A stretch of DNA of 64,000 nt from an uncultured Gemmatimonadales bacterium (GCA_963796635.1 CAWCMH010000001.1:198296-262295), one strand, 5' to 3'. Shown: positions 17,842-25,456, counted from the stretch's first letter. A program made the numbers and translations. The notes: a model not told the origin generated them from the sequence alone.

Positions 17842-17876
17842 GTCCCCGAACATTCCCGCTTCGCGAGGTGTCTGCA

Positions 17877-18275
17877 ATGCGACTCACGCGCATCCTCTTG
17901 CTTGGCGGCCTCGGCGTCGTGGCCTATGATGTCGTCGCGTCGATGCTTGCCCGCGGCTTTGCGCTCACCTACGGGCGCTTTGCCATCGGCTCCTACGCGA
18001 TTTATCTCCTGACGGGTTATCTCGCCGCCCGCCGCGCACCGTTCTGGCATGGACCGCTGGCCGGCGCCGCAGTGGCCGCCGTCGAGGCCGGGCTGGGCTG
18101 GCCGCTCTCGGCCCAACTCGGGCCCGCGGACTCCGCGGCGGTGTATGCCTCGGCGCCCGCGGCTGCCCGCATAGGAATGGTCGTCCTTCTAGCGGCCGTC
18201 GGGGCCGCCTTGGGCCTCGTCGGCGCGGGCCTCGCTCAGATTGGCCGGGCGAGGCTCAGCCCAACGGACGCCTAA
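17877..18275 (+). CDS. Cassette ORF: small multi-pass membrane protein
   Basis: Internal ATG at 17877 of ORF 17619..18275 (MRLTRILLLGGLGVVAYDVV...). Four hydrophobic segments. The stop TAA lies inside GCCTAAT. Confidence 0.6.
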   Translation: MRLTRILLLGGLGVVAYDVVASMLARGFALTYGRFAIGSYAIYLLTGYLAARRAPFWHGPLAGAAVAAVEAGLGWPLSAQLGPADSAAVYASAPAAARIGMVVLLAAVGAALGLVGAGLAQIGRARLSPTDA

Positions 18276-18365
18276 TCACTGCATGCAGTAGAAAGGACAG
18301 CCCGGCTACTCCGCATTTCCTGAGATATGATCAGCTGCCCTGCAGCTGATGCGACCGCATTAGGC
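18270..18365 (+). repeat. attC-like site 8 (96 bp), variant boxes GCCTAAT ... ATTAGGC
   Basis: The terminal boxes are perfectly complementary, but both carry the paired change C>T / G>A at the conserved AAC/GTT position. The arm sequence differs from the main family. Confidence 0.5.
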
Positions 18366-18395
18366 AGCAATACCTGTCTCACGATGGCGGTGTGA

Positions 18396-18812
18396 ATGGT
18401 ACACGGCTCGCGATGGATCGCTCTTGTTGTGCTCGGGCTGCCCTGGGCACCACGCGCGGCAGCGCAGACCTCCCCTGACACGAGCCAGCGCGTTCGGGTC
18501 GAGTGCGGGGGCGCGGGCGTGACGGGAACAGACCGGGTTCAACCGCCCCAACGAACCGCCGCGAGCTTCCGCCGGGTAACGATGCCACCGGTTCCACGGG
18601 CGCTTCAGGACTCATTCTTTGTTGCTCAGTTCCATGTGACACCTCGCGGTACCGTTGATACCGTGATACTGAACGGTCTCGCTGATTCGTCGTTCGCGCG
18701 CCGGATGCGGCGCGACCTCATGGATGCGAGCTTCAAACCGGCAACCGTCGGTGGATGTCCGGTGGCCGCGTGGCTGAGCCTCGACGTGACCTTGAGGCGT
18801 GGCCGGCCGTGA
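18396..18812 (+). CDS. Cassette ORF: secreted TonB C-terminal-domain-like protein
   Basis: Signal peptide (IALVVLGLPWAPRAAAQ). The C-terminal ~80 aa pattern FFVAQFHVTPRGTVDTVILNGLADSSFARRMRRDLMDASFKPATVGGCPV resembles TonB_C. Confidence 0.55.
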   Translation: MVHGSRWIALVVLGLPWAPRAAAQTSPDTSQRVRVECGGAGVTGTDRVQPPQRTAASFRRVTMPPVPRALQDSFFVAQFHVTPRGTVDTVILNGLADSSFARRMRRDLMDASFKPATVGGCPVAAWLSLDVTLRRGRP

Positions 18813-18832
18813 ATCGAACGATCTGGATTGCT

Positions 18833-18895
18833 GCCTGACACGCGCGTGGTGCCGGCGAGGCCAGGGCGGTTCGGCAGAAGCGCCGGCCGTGAGGC
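18833..18895 (+). repeat. attC-like site 9 (63 bp)
   Basis: R'' GCCTGAC ... R' GTGAGGC. Arms GCGCGTGGTGCCG / CGGCAGAAGCGC match the family consensus. Confidence 0.55.
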
Positions 18896-18946
18896 GCCAG
18901 CTCGCAACTTCCTACCGAGGGGGCCTTCATTTCGCGGCGGTCCGGC

Positions 18947-19453
18947 ATGTGGAAGTTCACGGTTCTGACGGGAGTGTGGACGTTCGCGGTCGCGTACGCC
19001 GTGTGGTTTGGCATTCGCGTGTGGACGGACGCCGGGGTGATGATGTACGCCGGGCACTCGCTATCGTTGATCATGTGGGGTGTTCCGCTCCTCCCGGTGC
19101 TGCTGATGACGTGGTGGTTGCTATGGCGATGGACCGGTGCGCGCCAACGGGTTCCACCCATCTTTTTCTGCGGCTGGGTGGCGTTGATCGTGATTCCGGG
19201 ACCGCCGTTGCCGATGACGCACAGCATTCCCGCACATGGTGAAACGATCACCACCGTTGCTCCGATCTTCTGGGTCATGATGGGGTTGGTGAGCGTTGGG
19301 CCAGTCGCTTTGACAATCGCGATGTGGTATTCGACAATTCAGGCCCGACGCTTCGCAGGCCGCCACACCCCCGGCCGCAGAAGCGCAGCGTCGTTGGGCA
19401 GACGGCGAGGCGGCTCCTGGGCAAGGTGGCTTGATGCTCTACATGGTCGTTGA
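18947..19453 (+). CDS. Cassette ORF: multi-pass membrane protein reading through its attC
   Basis: 168 aa with Trp-rich hydrophobic helices. There is no stop before or in the attC: the R'' box is GCCCGAC, so the in-frame codon is CGA where other cassettes have TAA. The ORF runs on to 19453. Confidence 0.55.
   Translation: MWKFTVLTGVWTFAVAYAVWFGIRVWTDAGVMMYAGHSLSLIMWGVPLLPVLLMTWWLLWRWTGARQRVPPIFFCGWVALIVIPGPPLPMTHSIPAHGETITTVAPIFWVMMGLVSVGPVALTIAMWYSTIQARRFAGRHTPGRRSAASLGRRRGGSWARWLDALHGR
19343..19399 (+). repeat. attC-like site 10 (57 bp)
   Basis: R'' GCCCGAC ... R' GTTGGGC. The right arm GGCCGCAGAAGCGCAGCGTC matches the family consensus. Confidence 0.6.
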
Positions 19454-19703
19454 GAATTTTCGAGGGGACCCCAAGGCCGTGTACCGTCGCTTCCGGGACC
19501 GAGGTCGGCTGGCGCCGGAAGGCCTCCGTTATGTGAACAGCTGGGTGACCGAGGACCTGCAGCGCTGCTACCAGATAATGGAGTGCGCGGACCTCGCCCT
19601 TCTTGAGGAATGGATGGGTCGCTGGAAGGACCTCGTTGAATTCGAGGTCCTTCCCGTCATGACCTCGCCGGAGGCCGCTGACCTCATCGGTCCTCGGCTA
19701 TGA
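19434..19703 (+). CDS. Cassette ORF: DUF3303-family protein
   Basis: MLYMVVENFRGDPKAVYRRFRDRGRLAPEGLRYVNSWV...CYQIMECADLALLEEWMGRWKDLVEFEVLPVMTS matches the DUF3303 pattern as I remember it. Confidence 0.65.
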   Translation: MLYMVVENFRGDPKAVYRRFRDRGRLAPEGLRYVNSWVTEDLQRCYQIMECADLALLEEWMGRWKDLVEFEVLPVMTSPEAADLIGPRL

Positions 19704-19791
19704 TGCTGCCCAGCATCGCATTGCCGCGGATGATCGCCGTTCCTCGCTTCGCCCGGTCGGGCGCTCACCGCTGAACGCCACGACGTTAGGC
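19696..19791 (+). repeat. attC-like site 11 (degenerate left box)
   Basis: Good R' GTTAGGC (19785-19791). The left box is GGCTATG with weak arm pairing. A tight hairpin GATGCTG-CC-CAGCATC lies at 19700-19715. Confidence 0.35.
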
Positions 19792-20046
19792 GGCCGGATC
19801 CGGTGGCCGATCCTGAAGGAAAGCACTGGCCGCCACGCTGGTGCTGATCGCGTACCGCGTGAACGACGGTCCACCATGTGCGCTGCCATTCCAGCGCGCT
19901 ACACTCCACGCGGAGCACGATGACCTCATCCCAGACCAACCGCAGCGAGCGCGGCCCCCGCGTGGCAATCGCGGTCCTGCCTCGGTCCGCAGAGTCAAGG
20001 GCGCGCCCGCGCAGTGACGCGATGACGACCCAAGCTGGGGACGCGG

Positions 20047-20333
20047 GTGAATCGCTCACGTCACCTTGGTAGCCAACCCACGATATTGTCCGTCGGTGAT
20101 GAGCTCGATATCACCCTCGTGACAATTGGGTCGGGTTCGTATGACTCGCTGGCCAGGATCTCGGCATCAGCCGCCAGCTTCCTTGATGCTGCCGAAGTGC
20201 CGCCCTATTCTCCGGGCGGGCCGCGACAGAAGTTTCGATTCCTGGCGCAGGTTCAGGCACGGCAGTCGTCACGTTCAAGTTCCGGTACGATGGGGCCAAT
20301 TCAACGGGTACAAGGACGATGCAGGTTCGGTGA
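20047..20333 (+). pseudogene. Cassette ORF with apparent frameshift (beta-sandwich-like small protein)
   Basis: The N-terminal part ILSVGDELDITLVTIGSGSYDSL...GGPRQKFRFLAQVQ is in the frame of ORF 20047..20364. A protein-like continuation GTAVVTFKFRYDGANSTGTRTMQVR* lies in another frame and ends at 20333. Confidence 0.35.
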
Positions 20334-20351
20334 GCCGCGCGTGACCGAGAG

Positions 20352-20416
20352 GCTGAGCAGGTGATGTTGCGCCTTCGGTACGAGCGCGGCCGCCGCAGAT
20401 GCGCAGGACGTTAGAG
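20352..20416 (+). repeat. attC half-site (centre + right arm only)
   Basis: GGCTGAGCAGGTGATGTTGCGCCTTCGG...GCGGCCGCCGCAGATGCGCAGGAC-GTTAGAG matches the centre and right arm of sites 4 and 6. There is no matching left arm or R''. Confidence 0.55.
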
Positions 20417-20446
20417 CGACTCACGACAACTCCTGTCGAGGACTGC

Positions 20447-20680
20447 ATGGCTCGATCGAAGCGTCGCACGCCGATTTTTGGCATGACCGCGCAGGAGAGC
20501 GAAAAGGACGACAAGCGTCGTGCGAATCGCCGACTGCGTCGCCGGGTGCGCGAGGTCGTCTCCGGATTCGTACTGCCCGACGTGCTGCGGGCCCTCCGGG
20601 AAGTCAGCAATCCGTGGTCCATGGCGAAGGACGGCCGGTCGTACTGGAAGGACGCTCGGGCCGTTGACCTCCGCAAGTAA
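20447..20680 (+). CDS. Cassette ORF: small basic protein
   Basis: Internal ATG at 20447 (MARSKRRTPIFGMTAQESEKDDKRRANRRLRRRVRE...). 77 aa. Function unknown. Confidence 0.5.
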   Translation: MARSKRRTPIFGMTAQESEKDDKRRANRRLRRRVREVVSGFVLPDVLRALREVSNPWSMAKDGRSYWKDARAVDLRK

Positions 20681-20708
20681 CATGCGGCCGGCTCGAGCGG
20701 GCAGGGCG

Positions 20709-20740
20709 CTCTAACCCGCGCTTGCTGCGGGCGGCCGTGC
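20709..20740 (+). repeat. attC half-site (R'' + left arm only)
   Basis: CTCTAAC-CC-GCGCTTGCTGCGGGCGGCCG matches the family left arm. No convincing right arm follows; a lone GTTGGGC at 20833 has poor pairing. Confidence 0.5.
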
Positions 20741-20877
20741 ACGGACCAAGAAAAGATGGTTCTCAAGATCAACGGGTGGAGATCCGACGACCGTCCGCTT
20801 TCCGGCGGTGCGTTTGCATCCGACGATCCTCCGTTGGGCGATAGACCTACGCTTCCCCAAGTGTAAAGGAGATCACC

Positions 20878-21384
20878 ATGCCTGTTCGCAAGACAGACAA
20901 AGTCCCGAAGCCGGCACTCCGGAAAACGGCCAAGCGCACCGCGGCACGACGTAACGCCGACACGACGCTACCGGACACCATGATTACCGGCAAGGCAAGT
21001 CCCCGGAAGGCGGCGGACGGCGACAAGCCGGTCTTCGCCTACATCGCCAGCTTGCCGCAGCCGCAGCGCGGCATCGCCGACAGAATCGATGCCCTGGCGG
21101 CAGCGACGCTGCCAAACCTGCAGCGATCCGTGAAGTGGGGCATGTCGTACTATGGCGTCGGCGACGGCTGGTGCTTCTGCTGCGGCGGCTTTGCGAAACA
21201 CGTCAAGCTCATGTTCATCAACGGCGTGACGCTCACGCCGGTACCGCCAGTGACGCCCGTGGCGATGGGCAAGTCTACGCGCGGCGTGGAACTCGAATCC
21301 GTGGACGACCTTGACGAACGCCAGATCGCGGCGTGGATGAAACAAGTCGCGGCCGTGCCAGGCGTCGGGAAGAAAAAGCGATAG
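20878..21384 (+). CDS. DUF1801 (YdhG-like) domain protein
   Basis: Strong RBS AAAGGAGA upstream of the ATG. The C-terminal ~110 aa (FAYIASLPQPQRGIADRIDAL...VKWGMSYYGVGDGWCFCCGGFAKHVKLMF) fit DUF1801. Confidence 0.65.
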   Translation: MPVRKTDKVPKPALRKTAKRTAARRNADTTLPDTMITGKASPRKAADGDKPVFAYIASLPQPQRGIADRIDALAAATLPNLQRSVKWGMSYYGVGDGWCFCCGGFAKHVKLMFINGVTLTPVPPVTPVAMGKSTRGVELESVDDLDERQIAAWMKQVAAVPGVGKKKR

Positions 21385-21914
21385 GCCGGACGTCGCCCGC
21401 GAATGCCACGGCGACGGGGAAGTGCGCGTCCCGACCTCGGCGCCGTCACTCGCCGGCCCTCGCTCAAGAGCCATCCCTCGAACGCCTCACCGGCACCGGC
21501 GAGCTGGACTGTCGCCGAGCTCTTCGCGTAGATGATACAGAGTATTCAGGAGCGCCCGACGGGCCGCGACTGATCGAAATGGGCGTGCAGCCCGAGTAAT
21601 CGAAGCTCGATCGTGCGATTCGAGTGCAGGGGTCGGGTAGTCGCCCAGCAACAAACGGCAACGCGACGGCTGGCAAACAGACGCCTGATATGTTGGCGCG
21701 ACATCGAGCTCGCAGCCATCGATTCTTTGAACGCGCACCGACAACGCCGAGGGAACCACAATGCGCCGCGCCTGCAACGGGCAACACCTGCAAGCCGAGG
21801 CCGACTTGTGGAGCTTCATTCTCTGGCAGACTGGCGATCCAGACTTCCAGCCAAAGCATTGAAAAGCCAGCGACAATTCCGAACCACGGACATCTTCCAG
21901 AAAGCGGTGCTCTT

Positions 21915-22460
21915 ATGAAACACGTTATTCGCAGCAGCGACCTGGTTCGCGCCTCCCTGCTGGCATTCGCCTGCGCTGTCATCACCGGTTGCGGCGTGCA
22001 CCGTGCCGGCGCAACCACGACCGGCGATCAGTCGCCGTGTGTCATCACGGTGACCGGGGCCAAGACCGGGACCTTCCCCTGCTCCACCCTGATGGCGGTC
22101 TATGGGGTCAAGGACGGCAAGTCGCAGCTGGGAATCAATTCGAACGACAGCGAGCACTATGTCACGATCGGGATCAAGTTCCCCGGGATGCCCACCACGA
22201 AGACGTACAAGAGCTCCGACGCCGGGGCGGCAGAGGGAATCTGGGTCGGCAACGGCAGCGCGATGTGGGTCGCGCAGGGAAACACCGAACCCCACGCCGT
22301 CGGGAGCTACGTCGTGACGCTGACCAGCGTGAAGGAAATCCCCTACGCCACCGACGTGAAGGGCTACGAGATCCACGGAACGGCGACCGCCACGCTGCTC
22401 CCCGACCCCGATACCGACACCGCCGCCAAGGGCAGCATCACGTTGACCGCGCGATTCTAA
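21915..22460 (+). CDS. Lipoprotein, hypothetical
   Basis: Internal ATG at 21915 of ORF 21624..22460. Lipobox LAFACAVITGCG. The stop TAA (22458-22460) lies inside TTCTAAC. Confidence 0.6.
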   Translation: MKHVIRSSDLVRASLLAFACAVITGCGVHRAGATTTGDQSPCVITVTGAKTGTFPCSTLMAVYGVKDGKSQLGINSNDSEHYVTIGIKFPGMPTTKTYKSSDAGAAEGIWVGNGSAMWVAQGNTEPHAVGSYVVTLTSVKEIPYATDVKGYEIHGTATATLLPDPDTDTAAKGSITLTARF

Positions 22461-22569
22461 CGGGAGGACCATGATGCGTTTCGCGCGATCGCCCGGCGCC
22501 TGGGTCGTGGCCGCAGCCATCGCAGGTCGCTCTCTGACCCAGCCGCCGCAGATGCGCAGAGCGGTAGAC
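22455..22569 (+). repeat. attC-like site (degenerate), R' GGTAGAC
   Basis: R''-like TTCTAAC. The right arm AGCCGCCGCAGATGCGCAGAGC matches the family consensus. R' has T>G (GGTAGAC). The left arm is degenerate. Confidence 0.45.
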
Positions 22570-22605
22570 CTCCACGTCGCGTACCCGCTCCGATGCAGGA
22601 TATGC

Positions 22606-22640
22606 TTGCAGAGATCGGTGGTATGATGTATTATCATACC
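22606..22640 (+). promoter_or_regulatory. Sigma70-like promoter with overlapping operator palindrome for the RHH-MazF cassette
   Basis: -35 TTGCAG (22606-22611), 17-nt spacer, -10 TATTAT (22629-22634). Perfect 8-bp inverted repeat GGTATGAT...ATCATACC (22620-22640) overlaps the -10. Confidence 0.55.
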
Positions 22641-22652
22641 CCGGAGGGCGCC

Positions 22653-22895
22653 ATGCCGAAGACCAAGATTGCCGTCACGCTGGACGGTCCGATGTTGCAC
22701 CGTCTCGACCGCGTGATTGACGGCGGACTCTTTCCCAATCGTAGTCAGGCGATCGAAGCCGCCGTGATGGAGAAGCTGGAGCGGCTGGAGCATCGTCGTC
22801 TGGCCGTCGAGTGCGCCAAACTCGATCCGGCGGCGGAGCAGGCCCTGGCTGACGAAGGACTCCACGATGACATGGCGGCATGGCCCGCATACTGA
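22653..22895 (+). CDS. Ribbon-helix-helix (CopG/MazE-like) antitoxin
   Basis: MPKTKIAVTLDGPMLHRLDRVIDGGLFPNRSQAIEAAV is an RHH N-terminus. GGAGGG RBS. Overlaps the toxin gene by 16 nt. Confidence 0.75.
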   Translation: MPKTKIAVTLDGPMLHRLDRVIDGGLFPNRSQAIEAAVMEKLERLEHRRLAVECAKLDPAAEQALADEGLHDDMAAWPAY

Positions 22896-23218
22896 GAGGC
22901 GAAGTCCGCTGGGCCAATCTGGATCCGACCCGCGGTCGCGAACAGGCGGGTCTGCGGCCGGTGTTGATCGTCAGCCAGGATGTGTTCAACGATCGGTCGG
23001 GCACCGTGATTGCGATGGCGTTGACGAGTCAGCGACAACGCGCCGGCTTTCCCCTCACCCTTGAACTCAAGTCCGCGTCGCTCCCGAAGCTGTCGTGGGT
23101 GAAGATCAGTCAGATTCGCACGCTGTCGGTGGAACGCATCGGGAAGCGGTTGGCAAAGGTGTCCGCGGAGGAACTGGCCGTCGTGATCGAAGGTCTCAAC
23201 GAGATCATTGGGGTGTAG
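22880..23218 (+). CDS. mazF: PemK/MazF-family endoribonuclease toxin
   Basis: 112 aa. RGEVRWANLDPTRGREQAGLRPVLIVSQDVFNDRSGTVIAMALTS...LPKLSWVKISQIRTLSVERI is a typical MazF/PemK pattern. Confidence 0.85.
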   Translation: MARILRGEVRWANLDPTRGREQAGLRPVLIVSQDVFNDRSGTVIAMALTSQRQRAGFPLTLELKSASLPKLSWVKISQIRTLSVERIGKRLAKVSAEELAVVIEGLNEIIGV

Positions 23219-23255
23219 CCCGCGCTGGCTGCGGCAGGCGCGGCCACCGCATCCG
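23213..23255 (+). repeat. Degenerate attC remnant
   Basis: GTGTAGC-CC-GCGCTGGCTGCGGCAGGCGCGGCC resembles the family left arm (xxCTAAC-CC-GCGCTTGCTGCGGGCGGCC). The mazF stop TAG occupies the TAA position. No R' is present. Confidence 0.3.
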
Positions 23256-23273
23256 AATCCGGAAGGGATCGTC

Positions 23274-23657
23274 ATGGCGATGCGCACCACGGTACCAGAG
23301 AACATCGACGAATACATCGCGGCCTCTCCCCCGGCCGTGCGGCCGATCCTCACGCGGATCCGACAGACCATCCGCGCCGCCGCACCCGAGGCGCAAGAAC
23401 TCATCAGCTATCGTATGCCCGCATTCCGGCTGCAGGGGATCGTGGTGTACTTCGCCGCCTTCAAGGCGCACATCGGTGTCTACCCGCCGGTATCAGGAGA
23501 TGCCCGCCTGGCGAAGGCGCTCGCGCCCTATGCCGGGCCCAAAGGCAATCTCCGGTTCCCGCTCGATCAGCCGATCCCCTATGATCTGATCAAGCGAATC
23601 GTGGTCCTCAGGGTACGGCAGAACCGCGCTCGGGCCGCGGCGAGCGGAACGAACTGA
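23274..23657 (+). CDS. DUF1801 (YdhG-like) domain protein
   Basis: Internal ATG at 23274 (MAMRTTVPENIDEYIAASPPAVRPILTRIRQTIRAAAPEAQELISYRMPAF...YFAAFKAHIGVYP). Second DUF1801 paralogue in the array. Confidence 0.7.
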   Translation: MAMRTTVPENIDEYIAASPPAVRPILTRIRQTIRAAAPEAQELISYRMPAFRLQGIVVYFAAFKAHIGVYPPVSGDARLAKALAPYAGPKGNLRFPLDQPIPYDLIKRIVVLRVRQNRARAAASGTN

Positions 23658-23666
23658 TAGAGGGCC

Positions 23667-23690
23667 CGCCTACCACGCGCCTGCGGGCGG
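23667..23690 (+). repeat. Terminal attC half-site (left arm only) marking the right edge of the array
   Basis: GCCTACC-AC-GCGCCTGCGGGCGGCC compares with the consensus GCCTAAC-AC-GCGCTTGCTGCGGGCGGCC. No right arm follows. Confidence 0.35.
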
Positions 23691-23740
23691 CCTGGGCGAT
23701 CACCCTCGATTCGACGTCGCCAGTCTCGACGACTCCGTAA

Positions 23741-23783
23741 GCCATACTATTGAATCAACAACAGTATGGTTTAACTTGTAAAC
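23741..23783 (+). promoter_or_regulatory. Two overlapping AT-rich palindromes upstream of 23997..24728
   Basis: CCATACT-N14-AGTATGG (23741-23768) and GGTTTA-N5-TAAACC (23767-23783) lie in an AT-rich patch. Function unknown. Confidence 0.25.
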
Positions 23784-23996
23784 CATTCAGTCAATCGCTT
23801 GGGGTCTCGGTTGCCCGGCCAAACCGTTTCCAGAATCTGGGCGTCGAATCCGGCCATTCACGCTCGGACGCAGCCGCGGCGCCTCGCTTCGGTGAGGCAG
23901 CGCTCCTCGCCGTCCCCGCCAAGCGGGTCCGCCGACAAGCCCTTATCGTTGTCCCGTCATCGGCGCTCCCCCGACCGACATCCGAGGAACTCAACC

Positions 23997-24728
23997 ATGA
24001 ATTTCGCGCAACGTGAGATCGCTCATCGCCCGAGCCGGATGATGCCGGTTCCGGCCGTCCTGTTCGCCTCCTTGTGTATTGCCGCGCCGGTTGCCGTGGC
24101 GGCGCAAGGACCGTATCCCACCATGGCGCCGGTCGACCGTTACCTGATGCCGGGCCCGGCGCAGGAGATCGCGCTGGCGAAAAGCGCCGCGCCCGACACG
24201 ATCGCCGCTCATGCCGACGTGCTGGTCCTCGACAAACGGGGCTACCAGACCGCGGTCAAGGGTTCCAACGGCTTTGTCTGTGTGGTGGTGCGAGCCTGGG
24301 ACAACGATTTCGCCAGCCCTGAGTTCTGGAACCCGAAGGCGCGTTCGCCCATCTGCTTCAACGCTGCCGCGGCGCGCTCCGTGCTGCCCACGTACCTGAT
24401 GCGTACCGAGTGGGCGCTCGCCGGGGTCGACAAGGCTGGAATGCAACAGCGCGACAAGGCAGGGCTCGCCTCAGGCGCCATCAAGCCGCCGGCGGCCGGC
24501 GCGATGTCGTACATGATGTCGAAGGGCGGCTATCTCAACGATGATGCGCACGGCCCGTGGCATCCGCATGTGATGTTCTTCGAGCCGCGCACGAGTCCGG
24601 CGCAGTGGGGTGCCAACCTCCCCGGATCGCCGGTGATGGCCGACGCCGATGCCGACGACGCGACGTCGATCTTCTTCGTGGTGGTGCGGGCCTGGTCCGA
24701 CGGCACGCCGGACCAGGTGCACCCGTGA
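23997..24728 (+). CDS. Secreted hypothetical protein
   Basis: Internal ATG at 23997 of ORF 23799..24728. Signal-like PVPAVLFASLCIAAPVAVAAQ. No recognised domain. Confidence 0.6.
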   Translation: MNFAQREIAHRPSRMMPVPAVLFASLCIAAPVAVAAQGPYPTMAPVDRYLMPGPAQEIALAKSAAPDTIAAHADVLVLDKRGYQTAVKGSNGFVCVVVRAWDNDFASPEFWNPKARSPICFNAAAARSVLPTYLMRTEWALAGVDKAGMQQRDKAGLASGAIKPPAAGAMSYMMSKGGYLNDDAHGPWHPHVMFFEPRTSPAQWGANLPGSPVMADADADDATSIFFVVVRAWSDGTPDQVHP

Positions 24729-24820
24729 AGTAACAAGGCGTGCGGCGATAATCGTCGCCGCAGGAGTAGTTCACTCCCGCCAACGAGTCAGGAACCCGCG
24801 ACGCCGTGCTGACGTCGTTG

Positions 24821-25336
24821 CTACCGTGCTGACGGCGGCACGACGCCGTTGAGGCGCAGGTACATCGCCAGGATGGCGTAGTGATCGCCCCAGTCGAGGC
24901 TTGTCTCCACCACCATCGCGCCCTTCGGGACGGCCCGCCCAGCATAAAATGGAGCGCTGGTGGCGAGATCGGCGTCGCGCAGGCCAGCCAGCGCCGTCTT
25001 GCAGAAATCGAACGAGGACTTGAGCGCGGCCACGAGCACCGCCTTGCTGTCGGTCGGGGCGAGCTTCGCCGCCGCCGGCGCGGGCCTGCCACTGATCGCG
25101 GCACATTCAAAGCGATTGGTGTCCCAGGTGTGGATCACCGATTCGGCGAATGACATCTGCTGCGCCGTCGGCTTGAACGAATACTTGTCGGCCGGCATCG
25201 CGTCGGCCGCAGCGACGTCGAGTTGGGCGTTTTCGGCGGCAACCCGCCTGAACGCATTCGTGGTCGGATCGGACTGTGCACTGGCCAGCGCGGGAATCAC
25301 CAGCGCAAGGACAACCACCGTGCGCATGCTGAGCAT
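24821..25336 (-). CDS. DinB-family (DinB_2-like) protein with signal peptide
   Basis: 171 aa. The four-helix-bundle pattern (AENAQLDVAAADAMPADKYSFKPT...SFAESVIHTWDTN...DWGDHYAILAMYLRLNG) is typical of DinB-like proteins. Confidence 0.65.
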   Translation of the reverse strand: MLSMRTVVVLALVIPALASAQSDPTTNAFRRVAAENAQLDVAAADAMPADKYSFKPTAQQMSFAESVIHTWDTNRFECAAISGRPAPAAAKLAPTDSKAVLVAALKSSFDFCKTALAGLRDADLATSAPFYAGRAVPKGAMVVETSLDWGDHYAILAMYLRLNGVVPPSAR

Positions 25337-25456
25337 ACCGGTCTCCTGGGTCGGGGTTGGAGTACCACCGGGGTCAGCGTGACCTGACGGATCAGTTCCG
25401 GGAGAAGTTCCAAGGGTCTCTGGCGTCGTTCATCCGGTGGCGGGTGTGCGCTTCGC

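Larger units (their letters stand above)
9743..23690 (+). other. Integron-type gene-cassette array without detectable integrase (CALIN-like)
   Basis: A series of + strand ORFs, each followed by an imperfect palindrome that begins xxCTAAC and ends GTTAGGY. Stop codons are embedded in the first box. Cargo is TA-rich. No tyrosine recombinase ORF lies upstream. Confidence 0.8.

Noticed and set aside
19568-20059. 163-aa minus-strand ORF spanning attC-like site 11, and small + ORF 19878..20072
   Set aside because: The minus-strand ORF crosses a recombination site and has no signature. The coding status of 19.8-20.05 kb is unresolved.
21385-21914. Search for an attC or gene in the 530-bp gap after the DUF1801 gene
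   Set aside because: There is no CTAAC/GTTAG pair. Only a 7-bp stem (CGTCGCC...GGCGACG at about 21393-21417) and unconvincing ORFs on both strands were found.
11602-23690. Could the regularly spaced palindromes be a CRISPR array?
   Set aside because: The repeats are 57-123 bp and imperfect, with variable centres. The spacers between them are 0.3-1.1-kb protein-coding ORFs. No cas genes are present.
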